64,000 bases of DNA from assembly GCA_951406725.2 (NCBI GenBank), contig OX597829.1, positions 28,334,001 to 28,398,000 of the forward strand, given 5' to 3'. The translations under genes and the position numbers were made by a program. How positions within the stretch are numbered: the stretch's first letter is position 1; the number at the start of each line of letters is the position of its first letter. The stretch is from Octopus vulgaris (lineage: Eukaryota). Under the pieces are notes generated by a model. That model had not been told where the DNA came from. It did no database searches and saw only the letters and a list, made by a program, of their open reading frames with translations. Below, piece after piece: positions 55,780 to 64,000 of this stretch.

Positions 55780-56163
55780 GAAGCATTCCGTCGGTTACGA
55801 CGATGAGGGTTCCGGTTGATCCGAATCAACGGAACAGCCTGCTCGTGAAATTAACGTGTAAGTGACTGAGCACTCCACAGACACGCACACCCTTAACGTA
55901 GTTCTCGGGGATATTCAGCGTGACACAGAGAGTGACAAGGCCGGCCCATTGAAATACAGGTACAACAGAAACAGGAAATAAGAGTGAGAGAAAGTTGTGG
56001 TGAAAGAGTACAGCAGGGATCACCACCATCCCCTGCCGGAGCCTCGTGGAGCTTTTAAGTGTTTTCGCTCAATAAACACTCACAACGCCCGGTCTGGGAA
56101 TCGAAACCGCGATCCTATGACCGCGAGTCCGCTGCCCTAACCACTGGGCCATTGCGCCTCCAC
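55780..56163 (-). mobile_element. Young full-length tRNA-derived SINE
   Basis: Head tggcccagtggttagggcagcggactcgcggtc...ggtttcgattccc; CpG-rich. Confidence 0.88.
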
Positions 56164-56385
56164 ACTAAATACAAATAACATTAAAGTAAATGAATTAACA
56201 CTATTCTCTCCTCTACAAACATTAAAATGTCATACCTCTGGCCAAAAGGGATTATATCGGTCCGGTTGTGTTAGAGGAGGTGAGTGGTATGGTGGAGGTG
56301 ATAGTTCGGTATGGTGAATTATAGGGTTTTTGTTGTGAAACACTGGGTCTTCTCTGCTGAGGACCACTCTACTCACCATGACACA

Positions 56386-58865
56386 TACTGAAGAAGCGTA
56401 TGAGGTACAGTGTGATAGTCTAAACGTGCACTCTCTCCACTGACTGTCGATTCTGGTAGTAGTCAGAGTGAAGGTGGGTAAATTGCGCACTGAGCGCAGC
56501 AGTTGCCGTTACTTTGCATTTGTTGGTGGTGTACATTCCAGTGCAACATATCACTATCACATTTGAGTGCGCAATTTAACCACCTTCACTCTGACTACTA
56601 CCAGAATCGACAGTCAGTGGAGAGAGTGCACGTTTAGACTATCACACTGTACCTCATATGCTTCTTCAGTAAGTAGCTTGCTTACAAACCACATGGCTCC
56701 GGGTTCAGTCCCACTGCGTAGCACCTTGGGCAAGTGTCTTCTACTATAGCCTCGGGCCGACCAAAGCCTTGTGAGTGGATTTGGTAGGCGGAAACTGAAA
56801 GAAGCCCGTCGTATATATATATACATGTGTGTGTGTGTGTCTGTGTATCTGTGTTTGTCTCCCCAACATCGCTTGACAATTGATGCTGGTGTGTTTATGT
56901 CCCTGTAACTTAGCGGTTCGGCAAAAGAGACCGATAGAATAAGTACTAGGCTTACAAAGAATAAGTCCTGAGATTGATTTGCTCAACTAAAGGCGGTGCT
57001 CCAGCATGGCTGCAGTCAAATGACTGAAACAAATAAAAGAATAATAATTAAAACTAAATAAAACAAGAGCGCAAACCTCTGCCAAGGCAACACTCAACTG
57101 CTCTCACAAACAAGAATGCTAAAAACGAACCCAACCACTCTCAAAATTTAAGTAAAAAAACAGGAAAAATAATCCAGAATCTTTGTCCCAAAATCTAATC
57201 AGTTCATGCCCGTCACAAGGTCAAACATCCCTGAAAGTTTCATCCAAAACCATCCAGCAGTTCTTGAGATATCTTGTCCACAGACAAACAAAACACAACT
57301 GAAAACAATACCTCCACCTTTACTAAGTTGGAGGTAACAAACAAGAGAAAATATATTTTCACATGAGGGTATACATAACCTTTCCAAACAGTCAAGTGGA
57401 AAATTCTACAATTTACTGACCAAAGTCTTCTTGGTTCCCAGTACATTGGTTTATCTCACTTTAAACAGGGACTCGTATTACAGTTCCTCACTGTGCTCTA
57501 ATAAACTACCTCTAGTTATAATTAAACCACCATTATATTCAATTACATACAGTCCTCCTTGTTATATTTTAAGCACTATATAATGGTACAGACAACTGCT
57601 GTACTCAGTTTGCCAGCTGTATACATGTAACACACATAGCAGTACACAGTTCATTTCTATATACAGGATATCACTGTTAAGATGACAAAAATATCACTAA
57701 CCTAAAGTACAAACTCTAACCCTACATTGGAGGAGAGCATTGCTAACTAAGGCTACTTAGTTCAGCTCCATTTTTGAGTAGAGTATCATTAACTTTCTGT
57801 TCTATCGACAACTATTTTCCAACCTTCTTGTACTGCCACTTATCACAAACTCATTCCTGAGCCATATGTATTTGTTTCATCTTTCTCCCATACTGATATT
57901 TTACCATCAAAAACACTTCTAGCTTTGATCCCCCCTGTTTACTACTGTCACTGCTACCCCTACCTCTAATTATCTCTCATTCTCCTCTCACACTCTTATG
58001 AAGTTAACTACCCTAGCTTTCTAATCCTTTGTTTGTATTCTATCTCATATTCACATCCTTGTATCTTAAAAAAAGTACACTCAGACACCTTAATATACTG
58101 GACTAAGCACTCACTGTGCTTAGTTCAACTCCACATTTGTTTGGAAAGGTTATGTATACCCTCATGTGAAAATATATTTTCTCTTGTTTGTTACCTCCAA
58201 CTTAGTAAAGGTGGAGGTATTGTTTTCAGTTGTGTTTTGTTTGTCTGTGGACAAGATATCTCAAGAACTGCTGGATGGTTTTGGATGAAACTTTCAGGGA
58301 TGTTTGACCTTGTGACGGGCATGAACTGATTAGATTTTGGGACAAAGATTCTGGATTATTTTTCCTGTTTTTTTACTTAAATTTTGAGAGTGGTTGGGTT
58401 CGTTTTTAGCATTCTTGTTTGTGAGAGCAGTTGAGTGTTGCCTTGGCAGAGGTTTGCGCTCTTGTTTTATTTAGTTTTAATTATTATTCTTTTATTTGTT
58501 TCAGTCATTTGACTGCAGCCATGCTGGAGCACTGCCTTTAGTTGAGCAAATCAATCTCAGGACTTATTCTTTGTAAGCCTAGTACTTATTCTATCAGTCT
58601 CTTTTGCCGAACCGCTAAGTTACAGGGACGTAAACACACCAGCATCAATTGTCAAGCGATGTTGGGGAGACAAACACAGACTCACAGACACACACACACA
58701 CACACACATGTATATATATATACGACGGGCTTCTTTCAGTTTCCGCCTACCAAATCCACTCACAAGGCTTTGGTCGGCCCGAGGCTATAGTAGAAGACAC
58801 TTGCCCAAGGTGCTACGCAGTGGGACTGAACCCGGAGCCATGTGGTTTGTAAGCAAGCTACTTAC
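56386..58865. repeat. Compound inverted duplication (A 56386-56491 / A' 56566-56671; B' 56669-57390 / B 58138-58865)
   Basis: Arms are near-identical reverse complements, which explains the mirrored ORFs in the track; B includes most of a SINE (58487-58883). Confidence 0.95.
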
Positions 58866-61047
58866 CACACGGCCACTCCTCCTATAATATAGGAATTCTA
58901 ACAGAAACAAAAAAAAATTGATCATCATTGCTTCCAAGGTGGAGAGGATTTTCTTATAAGAGTTTTGTGCCAGTGTCATGTAAAAAGCATTTGTCCCAGT
59001 ACCACATAAAAGCGTTTGTGTAATACCTTGTAAAAGCACTCAGCACACTGTAAAGTGGTTGGTGTTAGGAAGGGCATCCAACCATAGAAACCAAGCCAAA
59101 TCAGACTGGAACCAGGTGCAGCTTGCCAGTTCTGATCAAGCTGTCCAACCATGCCAGCACAGAAAATGGATGTTAAATGATGATGATTAAACGATATTCA
59201 TCATCATCATTGTTAACATCCATCTTCCATGTTGGCACAAGTTGGGCCGTTTGATAGGACCCGATGAGCTGGAGGATTGCGTTGAGCTCTGATGTCTGCT
59301 TTGGCATGGCTTCTGCAACTGATGCCCTTCATGATGCAAGCCATTGTGTTGGGTGTTTTCTCTTTTCCATGTTACTAGCACTAGTTAGAGCACCAAATAA
59401 CTAGCAAGATAAAGAAAAAAAACCCTTGACTGAATGGGGTATATTAGAAAGGGAAAGGGGCTTGATGGCAGATTTTGAGAGACTAAAGTATGATATAGGA
59501 TACAGGCACATGGAGGAGATACATGGTTATCTTACATTATATAAGGGTGGATAGGAGTAACTGGAAAGAAGACGATGATGGTGGTGATGAGGTGTTAACA
59601 TGTACTCTCATGGTACAAGATGAGTATAAGAGAGAATATGAACAGATGATCAAGAAAGGTGGGTAGATAAGTTCATAGGAGTGTGAGAAGAGAGTGACAG
59701 ATGGTTAGAGATAGAGGTAGAGGTGGATGTAGTAAATCCAGAACAAGGGTTGAGGTGTTATGATGGCAAATATCAGCATGGGAAGGGGAGATGAAAGACA
59801 TAGTTGTGACTCAGGAAAGAGAGGTTGATAAGTGACTGTAAAGAAAGGGTGGAGAGCAGTGGTATAATAAAGTTATTAGAACATTTGGTAGAATGTCTTA
59901 TAGCTTTTGTTCTTACTTGTCTCTGTGCTCTGAGTTCAAATCCCGCTGAGGTCAGCCTTGCCTTTCAACTTTTGATATGTACTAATCCAGGCACAAGTGT
60001 GACATAGGTGTGGCTGTGTGGTAAGAAGCTTGCTTCCTAACCACATAGTTCTGGGTTCAGTCCCACTGCTTAGTGTCTTCTATTATAGCCTGCGGCCGAC
60101 AAAGGTCTTGTAAGTGGACTTGGTCAACAGAAACTGGAAGAATGTGGCAGTGAGCTGGCAGAAACGTTAGCCTGCCAGGCAAAATGCTTAGCGGTATTTC
60201 GTCTGCCATTATGTTCTGAGTTCAAATTCCACTGAGGTCGACTTTGCCTTTCATCCTTTTGAGGTCAATAAATTAAGTACCAGTTACACACTGGAGTCGA
60301 TGTAATCGACTTAATCCCTTTGTCTGTCCTTGTTTGTCCCCTCCATGTTTAGCCCCTTGTGGGCAATAAAGAATGAAGAGCCTGAAAGAATGTGTGTCCA
60401 TGTTTGTCCCCCACCATCGCTTGACAACCAATGTTTGTGTCTCTGTAACTTAGCAGTTCGGCAAAAGAGATCAATAGAATAAGTACTGGGCTTAAAAAAC
60501 AAAAAAATAATAAGTACTGGGGTTGATTTATTCGACCGAAAGTTCTTCAAGGTGGTGATCCAGCATGTCCTCAGTCTAATGACTGAAACAAGGAGAAAGA
60601 TAAAAAGATAATCCAGGGCAGTGGATTAACAGAACTGTAAGAACATTGGACTGGATGCCTTGTGGTTATTTGTTTGACTCTACATTGTGAGTTCAAATTC
60701 TGCCATGACCTACTAGAGTGGCAGATTTAATCCATCACCTGGCTTAACATAATCACCTAGTACCTGGGTACCTTTAGTGGGGTCTTCACTATTGCAAACA
60801 TTCAGAGCAAGTCTCTAGTCTAAAGTTATCTTCCTCGCTCTCCTTCCTTACATCATTCTTGGAGGTCCTGTAAAGGGTACTGAGCGCTATCCTTTCCCCT
60901 GACTAAAAGATAAATATATACTTTGTGAATTGACATGGAGGTGCATAGCTTAGGGGTTAGCAGTAACTAGAAAGCCTACTGTGAGTTGAGTTGGGTAGGT
61001 TCAATTCTCAGTCAAGTAACTGAAATTTATTTTACCTATTCCTTGTA

Positions 61048-61567
61048 CCTGCCAACCACTACAAAAATATTAAATGTTTTAATTTTCTTTTTAAAGAAAT
61101 ATCTTTTCATAAATAGAAATATTAATATTTCTAAGTCTCTCTAAAGGAGACTATGGCAGCGGTACTGGATAGTAATGATTATGAATATACCTCCTTCCCT
61201 GCCAACCACTACAAAAATATTAAATGTTTTAATTTTCTTTTTAAAGAAATATCTTTTCATAAATAGAAATATTAATATTTCTAAGTCTCTCTAAAGGAGA
61301 CTATGGCAGCTGTACTGGATAGTAATAGTCATCGCCAAGCTAACATGGCAGTCCAGAAAAATAGGATGAATGCTACCGTTGATTAACTCCAAGAGGCCAT
61401 CGCCTCTAGCTAGCTATGTGACACACGAACCTGTGTCCATTATAACCTGTGAACAGGGGAGGTCAGCCGCTTCCCCTTGCTGGTCTGGCATCTACAGACT
61501 AGTTTCAGTGTATTTGCCCCTTATCAATGTTTTTCTGGACTGCCATGTTAGCTTGGTGATAACTATT
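61048..61567. mobile_element. Sister family of the hammerhead-bearing repeat, with a 150-bp-period tandem duplication and terminal inversion
   Basis: 61048-61175 repeats at 61198-61325; 61340-61460 is homologous to the 350-bp unit; motif at 61492-61529 (-); 61530-61567 is the reverse complement of about 61322-61361. Confidence 0.68.
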
Positions 61568-62764
61568 AATATCTTTTCATAAATTTATAGATTAAATAGT
61601 GAAATCTGTAATTGTTCAAATGTCAAGGTTTTTATTTTCTTTTTTTAAAAATATTTTCTCATAAATTTATAAATGTGCAGTATATCCCAGCAAAAACTAT
61701 AAAGTCGTTTGGCATGACTGTCAAAGTAGGTTAATTCTGAATGTTATTCAAGTCATGCTAATAAATCCTGACACTAATTTTCAAATTTTATTATGTTCCA
61801 TTACTTTTTTGTTCACTTTAATTCTTCTTGAGTCTATGAGAACGTTCAGATTTAAGAACATTCAAACTTGTCTAAACAAGAAATTTCTGTAGTCATACAA
61901 TAAAATGAAAAAAAAAATAACAACCCATATTTGTTTTATAACAAAAAAAAAGGAGGTTAGTATGTTGAAAGTACCTGAAAAGCTCTGCTCCCCATGTCTT
62001 ATGTAAACCAGTATTGGAAATTTATGAACAACATACATACCTCAATAGAAAATATTGTATTAGTGAGATGGCAGAGAGGAGGTGCTTAAAGACTCCTTAT
62101 TGCTCACTGCTTTTTAATGTTCTTTAGACTGGAGGTATTACAATGTAACTAGTTGTTTGAAGTGAAGGTGTGTAGCCTAGTGGTTAAGGTGCTTGGCTCA
62201 TGTTCTCAAGGTTCATAGGTTCAATTCCTGGACCAGGCAGTTTGATGTGTCCTTGAGTTAGGCATTTCATTTCATGTTGCTTCTGTCTGTCTACTCAGCT
62301 GTAATGACAACCAACTATTTTCTGGTACAACCCCCACGTCAATCTCTTTCCTGTTGTTATATTCTGGATAAAGGGTTGATGGGACTAGTTATGACTAGTC
62401 CCCTCAAACAATCTGGTTACATTTTTTTTTTTCTAGTACGATGAGATGAGAGGGAGAAATGAAAATAAAAATATACAGCAGAAGGTTGTGTCTGAAAAAA
62501 GAAAAGATCAAGTAAAAAATTATTTGGTGTGAGGTGAAGTGAAAAAAGACAACTGAATGGGATTCTGGGAGGATTAATCACTGCTTTTGCTATTCTAGTA
62601 GCATCTATAATCTTCTTATCAATAACAGAAGGAATTGTGGAGACTTGGCAGATCTATTGTCTAGGATTATTCCATCAAAATTCAACATGAAAGTATTCAA
62701 GGCTGATGTTTATTTGTCACATAGGTTGTTTTCTATTAAAAAAAAGGAAAAAATTCAAAACAAA

Positions 62765-63090
62765 CATATTTTGTACATTATTTATTTTTATGGATATTTG
62801 TCCTCATCTTGTTTGTTGTTAACACAACGTTTTGACTGATATACCCTCCAGCCTTCTTCAGGTGTCTTGGGGAAATTTCGAACCTGGGTTCTCATTCCTA
62901 AGGTATTCTTCGATGTTAATATAATAATAATAACATCGAAAAATACCTTAGGAAATTTCCCCAAGACACCTGATGAAAGCTGGAGAGTATATCAGCCGAA
63001 ACATAGTGTTAACAACAAACAAGATGAGGATAAAATATTCGTCGATTGTAAATAATGTACATAATTCCTCATCTCTTAAATATAGAACTG
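62765..63090. mobile_element. Head-to-head inverted Penelope-like pseudo-LTRs, each with a minimal hammerhead
   Basis: 62821-62866 (-) GACAC CUGAAGA A GGCUG..CAGUC AAAA C GUU GUGUU; 62965-63010 (+) GACAC CUGAUGA A AGCUG..CAGCC GAAA C AUA GUGUU. Confidence 0.78.
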
Positions 63091-63164
63091 TATTAAACAT
63101 ATTTTGGGTGTTTGTAAATGTCTTGTTATGTCCATATATTGTCAATAGCTTTCTAGTTTCTCTG

Positions 63165-63418
63165 TCAAATTTCTACAATTCGTACTCCATATCTGATTAC
63201 TGGTACAGTTCTTGCATTTATTGCTTCAAAAACTTTTTTTGAATTCAACTTTGGCTGTAATATTTTTCTGACACTTTCTGTATATTCGTGTTTTATTCCA
63301 TCTGCTTCCAGTATTTCCAAATACTTATACCACTGTCCTTTTTCAGCTGTTTTCATTGTTTGTCCATTCTTCTTTGTTCCTTTATCAGTATAGTGCACAT
63401 TTCAATCCCAAGTCCCAT
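63165..63418 (-). mobile_element. R4/Dong-like LINE RT-thumb fragment
   Basis: YKYLEILEADGIKH...VRKILQPKLNSKKVFEAINARTVPVIRYG. Confidence 0.75.
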
Positions 63419-64000
63419 ACTTACATCATCATCATCATCATTTAACGTCCACTTTTCATACTGATATGGGTTGGATGGTTTGATTGAAAACTGGTAATCC
63501 AGGGTGGGGAGTGGGGCACTGGGTTCCGATTTGATTTGGCAAGGTTTCTATGGCTGGATATCTTTCCTAACACCAACCACTCTGAGAGTATAGTGGGTGT
63601 TTTTTATGTGCCATTGACCTCACACTGGCATTGGACACAACTACGGTCTCACTTGGCTTAACAGGTCTACACAAACATGGTATATCACCAAAGGTCTTGG
63701 TCACCTGTTACTACTTCCATGAAGCCCAATGCTTGAATGGTGCTTTTTATGTGCCAGTCAGATGACACTGGCATCGGCTATGGTTATAATTTCACTCAGT
63801 TCAGCAGGTCTTCACATGCACAGCATATCAGCCAATAATTGAAGGGTACTTTTAAATGGGCTGGTTATGCAACACTGGCATCGGCCACAGCTGCAATCTC
63901 GCTTAACTTTCTGGGTTTTCTCAAGAACAACATATCTCCAAAGGTCTCAGTCTCCTGTCATTGCCTCTGTGAGGTCCAACATTCAAAGATCATGCTTCAC

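Noticed and set aside
55780-56163. tRNA genes at SINE heads (also 19237, 50950, 62170)
   Set aside because: A/B boxes run directly into SINE bodies and no complete acceptor stem is evident.

Overview
AT-rich, repeat-saturated metazoan genomic DNA. The SINE/LINE repertoire and long (TA)n arrays suggest an octopus (inference). Three spliced host genes are supported, mostly from exons the ORF track misses or miscalls: ILK first coding exon (10570-10658, -; the rest lies left of the window), a complete two-exon CDS for mitochondrial ribosomal protein S12 (30173-30245 + 21634-21998, -; 145 aa), and a probable first exon of the mitochondrial carrier SLC25A21 (52776-52845, +). The rest is decayed mobile DNA: RTE, CR1/L2, R4-, Hero- and CRE-like LINEs, Penelope-like elements, a Gypsy remnant, Tc1/mariner, pogo, MITEs, Helitrons and tRNA-derived SINEs. 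The most notable signal is a non-coding ~350-bp tandem/inverted repeat family (16020-18695, 34689-35037, relative at 61327-61567) whose copies jointly reconstruct a type I hammerhead ribozyme and covarying hairpins, i.e. retrozyme-like. One unit is interrupted, 3 nt from the ribozyme, by a 1.8-kb ORF1-only CCHC retroelement with a 17-bp TSD whose 3' tail resembles that of a local SINE. Penelope-type minimal hammerheads (two with an A6U core) and a compound inverted duplication are also present. All alignments and folds were done by eye, and no individual ribozyme copy is shown to be active.
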